From Eledone cirrhosa (Eukaryota): a DNA stretch of 64,000 nt. The position numbers were made by a program, and so were the translations under genes. The notes beneath the pieces are model-generated. The model was given only the letters and a program-made list of their open reading frames with translations. It was not told the DNA's origin and made no database searches. This document shows, in pieces, positions 1 through 13,498 of this stretch; the stretch's first letter is position 1, and each line of letters begins with the position of its first letter. The stretch spans positions 36,642,001 through 36,706,000 of the forward strand of contig OZ024751.1 in NCBI GenBank assembly GCA_964016885.1, read 5' to 3'.

Positions 1-26
1 TAGTAGAAGTAATAGTAGTAGTAGTA

Positions 27-93
<67 letters not shown>

Positions 94-216
94 CAGCAGC
101 TGTAATGATTTCTTTATTAGCCACACAGGGTTCACATTAAGAAAGCATTTAGGACAGTAGCTACTATAATAGTAGTAATGGTGGTAGTAGTAGTAGTAGT
201 AGTAATAGTAGTAGTA

Positions 217-289
<73 letters not shown>

Positions 290-295
290 AAGTAA

Positions 296-343
<48 letters not shown>

Positions 344-372
344 AAGTAATAGTAGTAGTAATAGTAGTAGTA

Positions 373-427
<55 letters not shown>

Positions 428-433
428 AAGTAA

Positions 434-523
<90 letters not shown>

Positions 524-538
524 AAGTAGTAGTAGTAG
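1..538. repeat. (TAG/GTA)n trinucleotide microsatellite with a short unique interruption at ~97-165
   Basis: Read directly; explains the poly-T and poly-V ORFs. Confidence 0.97.
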
Positions 539-887
539 CGACCCCCACCCACCCTAACATGAGGGGAGATATGAATTGGAGTAGATAAAATGACAATTGA
601 TAACACAGTGTATGTGTGTGTGTGAGTATAAGCTGAGTATGTGTTAAAGTATTTGAATGTGTGTGAGTGGGTGTGTTAGTGTGTTAGTGTGTGAGTGTGT
701 GTGAGTGTGTGAGTGTGTGAGTGTGTGTGTGTATGTATGTGCAACTGTCTATAGATGAATGAGTGTGTAGTATTATTTGAAACAGGCGGGAAACTTTACG
801 TTAGACACACACATATATATATATATATATGCATATATATGCATATATATTTATGCATATATATATATATATATGCATATATATTTA

Positions 888-957
<70 letters not shown>

Positions 958-977
958 TATACATATATATGCAGGCT

Positions 978-1045
<68 letters not shown>

Positions 1046-1079
1046 ATAGAAAAAAAGTTTCGTTTTACTACCCACACAC

Positions 1080-1113
<34 letters not shown>

Positions 1114-1143
1114 TGGATACCTCTGTGTATATATATATATATA

Positions 1144-1290
1144 CTGCTGCATTAGTGCGGCAGAAACTCGAGCCCGGGAACCATTTTACGTGTGTTGTGT
1201 TGAAGCGAATAACTATGTGTATACTCTGGGAATGTATCTTGAGATACAACCGGTATTGGCATTGATAAAGATGCTGGGTCGTCAACTCCT

Positions 1291-1294
<4 letters not shown>
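1144..1294 (+). mobile_element. Family G TA-flanked element with a hammerhead 3' remnant
   Basis: TGCTGCA-ttag-TGCGGCA (helix II)-GAAA-CTCGAG-CC (palindromic helix III, NUH mutated). Homologous inverted copy at 1747-1895; same 3' tail at 33804-33852. Confidence 0.6.
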
Positions 1295-1340
<46 letters not shown>

Positions 1341-1694
1341 GCATACATTCATACATGGGATATAGTCGAATGTGTGTGTTATATGTACCCATATAACTGA
1401 AAACGTACAGATCCACACATGCAATGATATCCACACGCACACACACACACTCACACACACACACACACAAACACACAAAGATACAGATATAATATAGACA
1501 CAAACACACATATATATATAGTCTAACAAAGTTCTTTCGTTGCACATCTGCAACAGCGTCAGTGGTGCTATTATGTTCCTCTTGCTGTATTGTATATCTA
1601 CGCCATATAATGAAAAAACAGAGTTAAAAACTCGCGTTAATTCCCTTGTAATTTTATGAGCTCAAGGAATAATTTCCGGGTTCTTCATAATACA

Positions 1695-1746
<52 letters not shown>

Positions 1747-1750
<4 letters not shown>

Positions 1751-1895
1751 GTTGGCGGACCCAGCATATTTATCAATGCCAGTACCGGTTGTATCTTACC
1801 GCACTCATGGGCAATGAAAGATACATTACCAGAGTATACACGTAGTTATTTGCCTCAACACAACGCACGTAAACAGGTGCCTATAAGGTTCCCAG
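1747..1895 (-). mobile_element. Family G copy in opposite orientation
   Basis: Reverse complement aligns with 1175-1292 (tttacgtg.gttgtgttga.gc.aataacta.gtgtatactctgg...ccggta.tggcattgataaa.atgctgggtc). Confidence 0.75.
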
Positions 1896-1963
1896 AATGT
1901 GTGACGAAAGAACTTTGACAATATATGAAGAACCATCCGGTTATAGAACCAACCAACCAACCG

Positions 1964-2043
1964 GAAATTTATAATAAATTGAAGTGAAATCAACTGTTGC
2001 GTGTGTTTCATATTGGCAACATGACCCTCCCAAACTATAACAA
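1964..2043 (+). mobile_element. Family B arm-only copy
   Basis: aattgaagtgaaa...gcgtgtgtttc.tattggcaacatgaccctcccaaa.tataacaat-(TA)n, shared with 2326-2528, 25965-26023 and 43847-43976. Confidence 0.8.
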
Positions 2044-2067
2044 TATATATATATATATATATATATA

Positions 2068-2256
2068 GGAACCAGTAAGACCCCGACAGCTGAGCTCAAG
2101 CCGTTTCGACGGCTAATTCTGGACAGAATTAGCCGTCGAAACGGCTTGAGCTCAGCTGTCGGGGTCTTACTGGTTCCTATTACCCACTCTACTACCTCAA
2201 GTATTGAGTACTTTGGTGCGTTATGGTCCACCTGGTTCCTTACCACATTTCCTTCG

Positions 2257-2258
<2 letters not shown>
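2068..2258 (+). mobile_element. Family A fold-back element (hairpin 2068-2177 plus ~80-nt tail) carrying the 3' half of a hammerhead
   Basis: Perfect inverted arms. Right arm reads C-GAAA-CGGCT-tgagctc-AGCTG-TC-ggggtc. Tail ttacccactct...ccttcgtt. (TA)n on both sides; about 20 copies or fragments in the window. Confidence 0.9.
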
Positions 2259-2325
<67 letters not shown>

Positions 2326-2328
<3 letters not shown>

Positions 2329-2522
2329 CATTTCTGAATTTGTTTAGTAAGATTCTTTATCTGAAAACGTGTGTTGAAACCGATATTGTTATGCTTTGGG
2401 AGGGTCATGTTGCCAACTAGAAATTTATAAATTCCTAAATTTATAAATTTAATTTATAATAAATTGAAGTGAAACAACTGGCGCGTGTGTTTCTTATTGA
2501 CAACATGACCCTCCCAAAGCAT

Positions 2523-2528
<6 letters not shown>
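2326..2528 (-). mobile_element. Family B element (tail plus inverted arms)
   Basis: atattgttatgctttgggagggtcatgttg...caacatgaccctcccaaagcataacaatat inverted repeat, TA-flanked. Confidence 0.8.
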
Positions 2529-2556
<28 letters not shown>

Positions 2557-2559
<3 letters not shown>

Positions 2560-2820
2560 GTAATTCCATCGGAAAAGTCCAGGAAAAAAGAGTGCTCTAT
2601 GTAAGCAACAGAGCTTAATTATTATTATTATGTAATAAACAACATAAGGCAATTATTCCATTTACCAGTGGTTTCTTAAAAGCAAAAGGTTTTGCTTTCA
2701 ATCCTCAGAATGAAAAATCCTGGTTTTCAGGATTTTTCATTCTGAGGATTGAAAAAACCTTTTGCTTTTAAGAAACCACTGGTAAATGGAATAATTGCCT
2801 TATGTTGTTTATTACATAAT

Positions 2821-2826
<6 letters not shown>
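2557..2826 (-). mobile_element. Family C fold-back element (tail 2557-2619, ~100-bp inverted arms 2620-2826)
   Basis: Long near-perfect inverted repeat between (TA)n runs, with a hammerhead motif in each arm. Confidence 0.85.
2656..2715 (-). ncRNA. Type I hammerhead ribozyme motif, family C (mirror copy on + at 2735-2791 has a 3-nt helix II deletion)
   Basis: Minus strand: TTTCATT-CTGAGGA-TTGAAAGCAAA(acct)TTTGCTTTTAA-GAAA-CC(act)GG-TA-AATGGAA. All three helices pair; predicted cleavage after GUA. Confidence 0.88.
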
Positions 2827-2856
<30 letters not shown>

Positions 2857-3041
2857 ATTTAGGAAGGTTATGCTTTCTGATATCGATGCGATTAAAATCA
2901 GTATTGTGCTCTCCAGTACACCAGGACTTACCACACAGCAAGAGCAGACGATAAAATGTAGTAAAATACGATAGAGTGAGTCTTAGACAAGACTCAAATA
3001 TAAACCAAGCGAAAACAAATACCAATGCTATACATATATAG

Positions 3042-3162
3042 AGGGGGAGATTATACTAGTTTTAAACTAGTAAGACTGTTATACAGTAGAGTACTGGATA
3101 CTTGGGATAGTAGAGTGTAAATATATTAGATAGCCGGGCCCGACGGCTGAGCTCATGCCGTT
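3042..3162 (-). mobile_element. Diverged family A relative
   Basis: gagtactggatacttgggatagtagagtg...cccgacggctgagctcatgccgtt matches the family A tail/arm junction. Confidence 0.7.
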
Positions 3163-3164
3163 AC

Positions 3165-3196
<32 letters not shown>

Positions 3197-3291
3197 CTGT
3201 GTGATTGTGTGTGTGAATATATTTATTATCTATTGAACAGTATTTTTTTAAACAAATTTTTCTAAAATTGTCTTTATTATTATCAGTATTA

Positions 3292-3485
3292 TAGGCGGTG
3301 GATTGGAAGTATCGGTCGAGGGTCGGACGCCATGCTTTGACGCATAGAGTTACGGCCCTTGCCATTCTGAGTTCAAATCCCGCCGAGGTTAACTTTGCCT
3401 TTCATCCTTACGGGGTCAATAAAATAAAGTACCAGTAATACACTGAGTAATTGGTGGCCTTGTGCCTAACGTAGAAACAATTATT
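3292..3485 (+). mobile_element. tRNA-derived SINE, family S1
   Basis: B-box-like gagttcaaatccc followed by the core actttgcctttcatcctt.cggggtc.ataaaataaagtaccagt; more than 12 copies in the window. Confidence 0.85.
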
Positions 3486-3502
3486 ATCAGTATTCAATCG
3501 GG

Positions 3503-3601
<99 letters not shown>

Positions 3602-3630
3602 ACACTCACACACACATATTCTCTCTCTCC

Positions 3631-3663
<33 letters not shown>

Positions 3664-3794
3664 ACGCACACATTCACACAGTCCCATACGCATACTTTGA
3701 AAGTATAGGTCAATTTCAAACACATACACCTACACATACATGTATGCGCATACACACAAAACACACGCATCCCCCACCACCACCACCACACACG

Positions 3795-3843
<49 letters not shown>

Positions 3844-3976
3844 TCACGGACTGTTATTATATTTGTCTCAGTCCTGGACAATCAAAATAGATTACGTACT
3901 GTACATATACATAACAAGAAGCTGTGATAGACACTCCCTCACTTATTGGAATACAGACACTCACACATACACACCT

Positions 3977-4075
<99 letters not shown>

Positions 4076-4202
4076 GCAACACTTACACATACACACCTAC
4101 ACACACACACATATATATATATATATATGTAGCAACACTTACATATACAACAACACTAATATAACTATACACAGTTTCACACAGACAGATACCCATACAC
4201 GG

Positions 4203-4245
<43 letters not shown>

Positions 4246-4355
4246 AGTAGAAGGGGTATTTAATTTGTTGGAAGTCCAACAAATATAAATGTTTATAACT
4301 GATTTAGAGCACTCAACAGTTTACTGGAGTAAATATTCAATGATATTAAATAAAT
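4246..4355 (-). mobile_element. Family D tail-only copy
   Basis: Reverse complement tactccagtaaactgttgagtgctctaaatcagttataaa matches the tail at 14676-14716. Confidence 0.75.
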
Positions 4356-4384
4356 AAATAAATTACTACACGTAAAGTGGCAGC

Positions 4385-5460
4385 TACTACACATATACAC
4401 TACTACACATATACTAACAGTTACACACATATACTGACGGCTACCCATATACATACACATACACATACTACACATACATACACATACAGCTACACGCATA
4501 CACATACGGCTACACACATACATACACACAAACATACAGCTACACACATACACAAACAACTACACATATACATATACATACAGCTACACAAACAGCTACA
4601 CATATACATACACATACACAAACAGCTAGACATATACGTACACATACACATACAGCTACACATACACATATACATACACATATACATATACATACACATA
4701 CAGCTACACATACATACGCATACAGCTACACACATACATATACGTACACATACAGCTATACATATACATTTACATATACATACACATACAGCTACACATA
4801 TACATACACATACAGCTACACATACATACACAAACAGCTACACATATTCATACACATACACAAACAGCTACACATATACATACACATGCACATACAGCTA
4901 CACATATACATATACGTACACATACAGCTATACATATACATTTACATATACATACACATACAGCTACACATATACATACACATACAGCTACACATATACA
5001 TATACGTACACATACACATACAGCTACACATATACATACACATACCACTACACATATACATATACGTACACATACAGCTACACATATACATATACATACA
5101 CATACAGCTACACATATACATACACATACAGTCACACACATACACATACATACACAAACAGCTACACATACACATACAGCTACACATATACATACACATG
5201 CACATACAGCCACACACATACATATACATACACAAACAGCTACACATACAGCTACACATATACATACACATACACATACAGCCACACACATACATATACA
5301 TACACAAACAGCTACACATACACATACAGCTACACATATACATACACATACACATACAGCTACACACATACATATACATACACAAACAGCTACACATACA
5401 CAAACAGCTACACATACACATACAGCTACACATATACATACACATATACGTACACATAGA
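4385..5460. repeat. Compound (CA/CATA/CAGCTA) low-complexity array
   Basis: Read directly. Confidence 0.9.
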
Positions 5461-5722
5461 GACACAGATATGATCACATGACTACACATAGGTGGCTACA
5501 CAATTACAAATACTACTACAACTACTACCACATATATTCACACACGGGCGATATATAGTAACCGGTCGTCCATTCATTCAGACAGCCATTCATTATTTAT
5601 TACTTCCTCTACCTCCTCTTTCTACACCTCTCACACTATGCTCTACCTCCCCTTCCACCTCCTTTATTTACACCAGTTGTCTCCTCCTCCCTTCCTCCGT
5701 CTACACCTCCCGCCTTTGCTGA

Positions 5723-5754
<32 letters not shown>

Positions 5755-6409
5755 AGTAAAAAAAAAAAATAGAGAGGAGGGGGAGGTACGGTATTACTGA
5801 AATCCCTCCTTTAGACTACAGCTCCCCCTCCTCTCTCTCTATTATATGTTCTACTACATCCACTCATCCCCCTCTCTCTTATTATGCCCTACCTCTTTCT
5901 TCGTCGCTCCACCCTCCCCCCCTTTTCCCCATCTCCAACACTACTTATAGAGAGAGAGAAAGACAGAAAGAAAGAAGAAATCTTTACTTTTTTCTGTCTT
6001 TTGTTTTTGTATGTATATTTAATACATTCATACATATATATATATATTTATATACATACAAGTACACACATACATATATATATATATTTATATACATACA
6101 AGTACACACATACATATATATATATATTTATATACATACAAGTACACACATACATATATATATATATTTATATACATACAAGTACACACACATATATATA
6201 TATATATATATTTATATACATACAAGTACACATATATATATATTTATATACATACAAGTACACATATATATATATATACATACAAGTACATATATATATA
6301 TATATATATATATACACACCTATATGTATCTCTCCATCTGTTAAGCTTTAAGCATGTATGTATAAAATATAAAAATATATGTGTGTGTATGTCTGGTTTC
6401 TTGCCGAAC

Positions 6410-7128
6410 TTAACCACCACCACCACCATCACCACCACCCCACCATCACCACCACCAACACCATCATCACCACCAACACTACCACCACCACCATCACCAC
6501 CACCACCACCATCATCACCACCACCACCATCACCACCACCACCACCACCATCACCACCACCACCATCACCACCACCATCACCATCACCACCACCACCACC
6601 ATCAACCACCACCACCACCACCATCACCACCATCAACCACCACCACCACCACCATCACCACCATCAACCACCACCACCACCACCACCAACATCACCACCA
6701 CCACCACCACCACCATCAACCACCACCACCACCACCACCATCAACCACCACCACCACCACCACCATCACCACCATCAACCACCGTCAGCGTTCAATAATG
6801 TAGTGTTGCCTGTGGTGGTGGCGGTGGTGTTGTTTGGTACAGGTGATAGTGATGATGGTGGTGATGGTTGTAGTGGTAGTGGTGCTAGTGATGATGGTGG
6901 TGATGGTTGTAGTGGTAGTGGTAGTGGTGCTAGTGATGATGGTGGTGATGGATGTAGTGGTAGTGTTGGTACAGGTGATAGTTGTGATGGTGGCGGTGGT
7001 GCTGTTTGGTACAGGTGATAGTGATGATGGTCGTAGTGGTGGTGGTAGTGGTAGTAGTGGTTGTAGTGGTAGTGGTGGTGTTGGTACAGTTGCTAGCGGT
7101 AATGGTGATGATGATGGTAGTGGTAGTG

Positions 7129-7177
<49 letters not shown>

Positions 7178-7213
7178 AAGTAGTAGTAGTAGTAGTAGAA
7201 GAAGTAGTAGTAA

Positions 7214-7246
<33 letters not shown>

Positions 7247-7320
7247 TAGTAGTAATAGTAGTAGTAGTAGTGGTGGTGGTGGTAGTAGTAGTAATAGTAG
7301 TAGTAGTAGTAGTAGTAGTG
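6410..7320. repeat. (CAC/CAT)n followed by (GGT/AGT)n trinucleotide arrays
   Basis: Read directly. Confidence 0.95.
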
Positions 7321-7703
7321 ACACCAGTTCCACCACGCAGACGTCTGTCTGTAAAGAACTGTACGTACAACTGTACTGGTGTGAGATTGATTACAATGTC
7401 AACGTCACACATACACACATACACACATATACACACACATACACACAAATACCCGTCCCACACATATACATATATATACATACATATATATATATATATA
7501 TATGTGTGTGTGTTTGTGTATAATTTTGTTATTACCTGGAAATACCATAGGAGTTCCTCAAGTGCCTAGAGGTTCGTGACAAAGCAAACACACACTCATG
7601 CACACACACACACATGCACACACACACACATACACACACATACACATAATTTAATTACGCATATATATATATATATATATGCGTAATTAAATTATACGTA
7701 TGT

Positions 7704-7735
<32 letters not shown>

Positions 7736-7800
7736 CAAGAGCGTGAACCTAATAAACCTTTATTTGTCTGCCTCTTTGTTTTCGTTCCCGTCCAATTTTG

Positions 7801-7845
<45 letters not shown>

Positions 7846-7847
<2 letters not shown>

Positions 7848-8040
7848 AACGAGTAGGACCCCGACGGCTGAGCTCAAGCCGTTTCGACGGCTAATTCTGG
7901 ACTAAAAATCCAGAATTAGCCGAAACGGCTTGAGCTCAGCCGTCGGGGTCCTACTTGTTCCTATTACCCACTCTACTACCCTAAGTATTGAGTACTTTGG
8001 TGCGTTATGGTCCACCTGGTTCCTTACCACATTTCCTTCG

Positions 8041-8042
<2 letters not shown>
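7846..8042 (+). mobile_element. Family A fold-back element
   Basis: Same hairpin plus tail as 2068-2258, TA-flanked. Confidence 0.92.
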
Positions 8043-8077
<35 letters not shown>

Positions 8078-8197
8078 ACATTCTCCCTACATATGTATGT
8101 ATGTATAATGTATGTATGTGTATATGTATGTATATTTTATGTATGTATAGTATTCTATCAGATGTTCCAGCCGAAAGATAGACCATGCTGGGGCAAC

Positions 8198-8540
8198 GCA
8201 TGTATGTATATTTACATGTATGTGCGCGCATGTGTGTATATTTACATGTATGTGCGCGCATGTGTGTATATTTACATGTATGTGCGCGCATGTGTGTATA
8301 TTTACATGTATGTGCGCGCATGTGTGTATATTTACATGTCTGTGCACGCATGTGTGTATATTTACATGTATGTGCGCGCATGTGTGTATATTTACATGTA
8401 TGTGCGCGCATGTGTGTATATTTACATGTATGTGCACGCATGTGTGTATATTTACATGTATGTGCGCGCATGTGTGTATATTTACATGTATGTGCGCGCA
8501 TGTGTGTATATTTACATGTATGTGCGCGCATGTGTGTATA
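8198..8540. repeat. 30-bp minisatellite (catgtgtgtatatttacatgtatgtgcgcg), about 11 copies
   Basis: Exact 30-nt periodicity. Confidence 0.95.
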
Positions 8541-8634
8541 TCTGTTGATTTATATGCATATATGTATATTTGTATGTATGTATATATGTATGTGTGTGTA
8601 TGTATGTCTATTTATGTGTATGTATGTATATATA

Positions 8635-8750
8635 GACGCAGGTATGTCCGATTAATTAAGTTCGATCCATTAATCACCAGGTTTCGGGTTCGATCCCACT
8701 GTACGGCAGCATATTTCGCAATTGGGTAGACAGAAACTACGTGGAAGCCT
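8635..8750 (+). mobile_element. tRNA-derived SINE, family S2, decayed (relatives at ~33220-33381, ~38615-38765, ~39490-39640)
   Basis: gggttcgatcccactg B-box and ggtagacagaaact...gaagcc 3' end shared between copies. Confidence 0.65.
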
Positions 8751-8814
8751 GTTGGATGGGCTGTACCTGCAACACCTATTGCCGGCCTTGTTACATTTTG
8801 TGTCAAGCTCTTTC

Positions 8815-9955
8815 TATTCTTCTGAGTTCAAGTTCTGCCAGGATCGATGAACTATTTTCCAATCAATTTGACCGGCAACTGCCTTTCGATCTACCTTCAG
8901 TACCATATCAGTGTTATTTATTTATTCAATCCTGGGGGTGGTACCCCCTTCCCACCCCTTTAATCAATTGCACTTGTTCAACTCCCTTCGTTGCTATAGT
9001 TACAATAAAAGACACTGCCTATGATTTTAGAATCATTTTGGAAATAATAATAACAAATTTGAATGGATTTACTAATAAACTAATGTTCCTGTTAGTAAGG
9101 GGTCTGTGAATTGATAGAATCGGTAGAGCATCGGAGAACATGTTGTGTAGAACATATAGTTACGGATTTTACGTTTTGGTTTAATTTCCGCCGAGATTAA
9201 CTTTGCCTTTTATCCTTATGGGTTCGATAATATAAAGTACCAGTAACGGACTGGGTTCGATTTAATCGATTTTCTCCTTACCTGAAATTGTTAGCTATGA
9301 GCCTAAATCAGGAACCATTATTAATGTGTTAAAATCCCGCTGAATTTAGCTTTTCATCCTTAAGGGGTTGATAAAATAAGGTACCAGTAAGACTCTGGGT
9401 GGATTTAATCGATTTCACCCCACCCTTTAAATTGCTAGCTTTGTGCCTAAATTAGAAACTCTTAGGTGGCGTTTTAAGGTGATGGGTTTGTGGAGTCGTT
9501 AGAGCGCCTGACAAGTCGTTAGAGCGCCTGACAAGTCGTTAGAGCGCCTGACAAATGTTTAGCAGTATTTGTTCCGTTTTTTTTAAATTTTCTGAGTTCA
9601 AATCCTAGTGAAGTCAACTCTACCTTCCTCCCTTCCAAGGTTGAGGAAATAAAATACTGGACTCGGTACAATCTACTTTCCCTACACCTCAAATGTGTGG
9701 CCATGTGTCTGGTTTAGAAAGGTTTTTATTGAGCTTGCGTTTGGAACATAACTTAACAAAGTTTCTTGTGGATTGGAAGTATCGGTAGAGGGTCGGACGC
9801 CATGCTTTGCAGCAAAGAGTACACTGTCCCTTACGGTCTGAATTCAAATCCCGCCGAGGTTAACTTTGCCTTTCATCCTTACGAGGTCGATAAAATAAAG
9901 TACCAGTAATGTACTGGTATAATTGCTGGCCTCGTGCCAAATGTAGAAACAATTA
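8815..9955 (+). mobile_element. Cluster of about 5 same-orientation S1 SINE copies
   Basis: Core recurs at ~8820, 9180, 9335, 9590 and 9840; the 20-bp head unit gtcgttagagcgcctgacaa occurs three times at ~9495-9554. Confidence 0.8.
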
Positions 9956-10340
9956 TATTATGATGCAAGTTTTATTTCTTTTTTTTTATATAAATATAAA
10001 CACTTTAAAATAATCAGATGTGTAGCCTGGAAGTGGGTGGTGGTTCGGGGGGTGTAGTATCGCCACCTGCCAGGTTTGGGTACCAGGGTACCATTAGCAG
10101 AGTCCTCTCTGATATAGGGGCTGTTCTGTTGATTGTTGATATCCCTCTCCTTCCATCCCACTATTGTCATTCTGAATAAAGTCATGGCCACTGTCTTGCT
10201 CTCTACTCGGGTTCAATCTCACTCTGAGGAACCCCTTCAATGACTGATCCCTAGAGAGTGAAATTTACTGCATGGAAACTCTAAGGAAGCACGCATACCC
10301 CCCCCCCCCCACCATATATATATATATATATATATATATA

Positions 10341-10594
<254 letters not shown>

Positions 10595-10705
10595 AACACA
10601 TATGTATATATATATGATATTGTAAAATGCTAAAATTAAGTTGTTATAGAATACCAACTACAAGTGAAGTCATTCTTTTGCCTTTTTTTAATATATATAT
10701 ATATA

Positions 10706-10738
10706 TACTAGCAGCTGAGCCCGGTTGCACCCGGGGCC
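10706..10738 (-). mobile_element. Helitron-like 3' terminus
   Basis: Minus strand CCCGG-gtgcaa-CCGGG hairpin, 8 nt, then CTAG|T, the canonical Helitron 3' end layout. Confidence 0.55.
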
Positions 10739-11185
10739 ACTTACTCTTTTACCTGTTCCAGCCATCCGGCTGAGGCCATGCTGGGGCACCGCCCTTTAAT
10801 ATATATATTAGAAAAAACGAGTAAGTTTCGCAATTAATTCTCCTTCTTTTATGAGGTAATTTATACGATTTTCTAAGCTATTATTTATAGAGATCTACAG
10901 CTGTTAAGTTATTTTCTACGTTTGGGATTCCCACATGTTCAAATATGTTATTGCATTTTTATTTTACGGAACCCTTAGACGATTTCTTATAAAATTATGG
11001 TACCCATTCTTATACTTTACAGATAGTTCCGGCTATTAACATTTTAAGGAGATTACAGGAAACTAAGCGACTTTTTCAAGAGAAAAAATTTATTCATATC
11101 AAAATAAAAGAAAACCTATAAAATACATGTTTTTCCCATAAAACGCGTGTTTTTATTAAAACACACCTTGCCTTCCGGAATCACT

Positions 11186-11217
<32 letters not shown>

Positions 11218-11270
11218 GCATATTTCTGTGTGCGCGTCTCTGCCCCCCCCCCCCCCCTTCTTTCTCTCTA

Positions 11271-11303
<33 letters not shown>

Positions 11304-11478
11304 GGGATAAACTACTGACGTGGAGTGCTTTTGATTTACTCAAACCGGATTATCTTTACGAAATTACATCGTAACAATCACATATAAGCACCTTGTCATC
11401 TGCAATATATATATATATATACCTTCGTAAAGTCAAGCCGAGACTGCTCGGCTTCGCGGTAGGGTTTTTACCTTCCTT

Positions 11479-11553
<75 letters not shown>

Positions 11554-11888
11554 CCCCGATTGAACCCGGGATAAACATATATACGTATATGTATACAAAT
11601 AAATGTATACTCATCTTAACAGCATTCTAATAAATATTGCCTGTACAGGTAATCAAAGTGTGTATACATTTTTTGTTGAGGGAGGGGCACTGCTTGTATG
11701 CATGTATATATATATATATATATATCATACACATCTCATATGCTCACGCACACAAATACACATACATAGGTGAGTCTATTAGGTGAAAAACTACCTTTAA
11801 TAACCACGTGGTCTCTGACACTCCCAATGTGTAATTCAATGGGAATAATATTTCTCTACTGCAGCTACTCACAGCCGGGAAGCCGGGC

Positions 11889-12683
11889 TGAGACTAAAGA
11901 ATTAGGTAGACCTAAGACTAAAGAATTAGGTAGACCTAAGGCTAAAGAATTAGGTAGACCTTAGACTAAAGAATTAGGTAGACCTAAGACTAAAGAATTA
12001 GGTAGACCTAAGACTAAAGAATTAGGTAGACCTGAGACTAAAGAATTAGGTAGACCTGAGACTAAAGAATTAGGTAGACCTAAGACTAAAGAATTAGGTA
12101 GACCTAAGACTAAAGAATTAGGTAGACCTAAGACTAAAGAATTAGGTAGACCTAAGACTAAAGAATTAGGTAAACCTAAGACTAAAGAATTAGGTAGACC
12201 TAAGACTAAAGAATTAGGTAGACCTGAGACTAAAGAATTAGGTAGACCTGAGACTAAAGAATTAGGTAGACCTGAGACTAAAGAATTAGGTAGACCTGAG
12301 ACTAAAGAATTAGGTAGACCTAAGACTAAAGAATTAGGTAGACCTAAGACTAAAGAATTAGGTAGACCTAAGACTAAAGAATTAGGTAAACCTAAGACTA
12401 AAGAATTAGGTAGACCTAAGACTAAAGAATTAGGTAGACCTGAGACTAAAGAATTAGGTAGACCCAAGACTAAAGAATTAGGTAGACCTGAGACTAAAGA
12501 ATTAGGTAGACCTAAGACTAAAGAATTAGGTAGACCTAAGACTTAAGAATTAGGTAAACCTGAGACTAAAGAATTAGGTAGACCTGAGACTAAAGAATTA
12601 GGTAGACCTGAGACTAAAGAATTAGGTAGACCTGAAACTAAAGAATTAGGTAGACCTAAGACTAAAGAATTAGGTAGACCTGA
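11889..12683. repeat. 24-bp minisatellite (gactaaagaattaggtagacct[a/g]a), about 33 copies
   Basis: Exact periodicity; source of the LVLGLPNS ORFs. Confidence 0.97.
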
Positions 12684-12844
12684 TACTACATGCAAGTTTA
12701 TAGTATGTACATAAGAGGATAAGCTGTAAGGTTTGGAGGCTGATTTAGGCTGAAGTAGCGATGCTAGAGCTGTGAAATCTTGCATGCATTAATTTCAACA
12801 CTTCTTGTTAATAATTGCATTGTTTCTTTCCAGGGATTATGTAG

Positions 12845-12908
12845 AAAAATAAACCTCATTTGGTCATTCCATGAGAGTATCTTGGTCATTTGGACCTATG
12901 GACATTTC
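12845..12908 (-). mobile_element. Tc1/mariner-type MITE fragment
   Basis: Reverse complement gaccaagatactctcatggaatgaccaaatgaggttt is shared with 20251-20303 and 38095-38135. Confidence 0.6.
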
Positions 12909-12925
12909 TACTGACTCTCGAATAT

Positions 12926-13050
<125 letters not shown>

Positions 13051-13231
13051 TATATACATATATGTAAATATATATATACGCGGGCCGGCTGAAAAGTACA
13101 TACATGCATCACACACACACACACACACTAATATCTGTACGTGTGCATGCGTACATATTGAACTTGTAACTAAATTATAAGGCCTTGAGTCACCCCGTAG
13201 TAAGTCTCTCTCTCTCTCTCTATATATATAT

Positions 13232-13412
13232 CCTGATGTCTTCCAAAAGTAACGGTCGCATTTTGAAAGGGTACGTCAATGTTTATTTATAAAACTGGTA
13301 TATATTGTATTTTGTCTGATGAAGGCATACCATAATTTAACTTGGTATCCTTGAAATATGTATAATGAAATAAATATGGTTTTATAAATATAGTTTCCAT
13401 TTGTTAATATCG
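13232..13412 (+). mobile_element. Family D arm-only copy with hammerhead motif at 13308-13372
   Basis: TATTTTGT-CTGATGA-AGG(c)ATACCA-loop-TGGTAT(c)CTT-GAAA-TATGTA-TA-ATGAAATA; ends at the same boundary as the arms of 14324-14758. Confidence 0.85.
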
Positions 13413-13435
13413 TATATATAAATATATATATATAG

Positions 13436-13498
<63 letters not shown>

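Noticed and set aside
1941-2246. Recurrent peptides [16 protein letters not shown]... and [15 protein letters not shown]...
   Set aside because: Chance frames through the non-coding family A element; they recur only because the DNA recurs.
2068-2258. Family A as a classical TIR MITE or pre-miRNA
   Set aside because: The inverted repeat is not terminal (a fixed tail lies outside it), the tips vary per copy, and the arm carries hammerhead elements.
3292-3485. tRNA gene
   Set aside because: Only box-like motifs followed by a SINE body; no cloverleaf.
11889-12683. CRISPR array or repeat-protein gene
   Set aside because: No spacers; the frame is interrupted and has no coding flanks.
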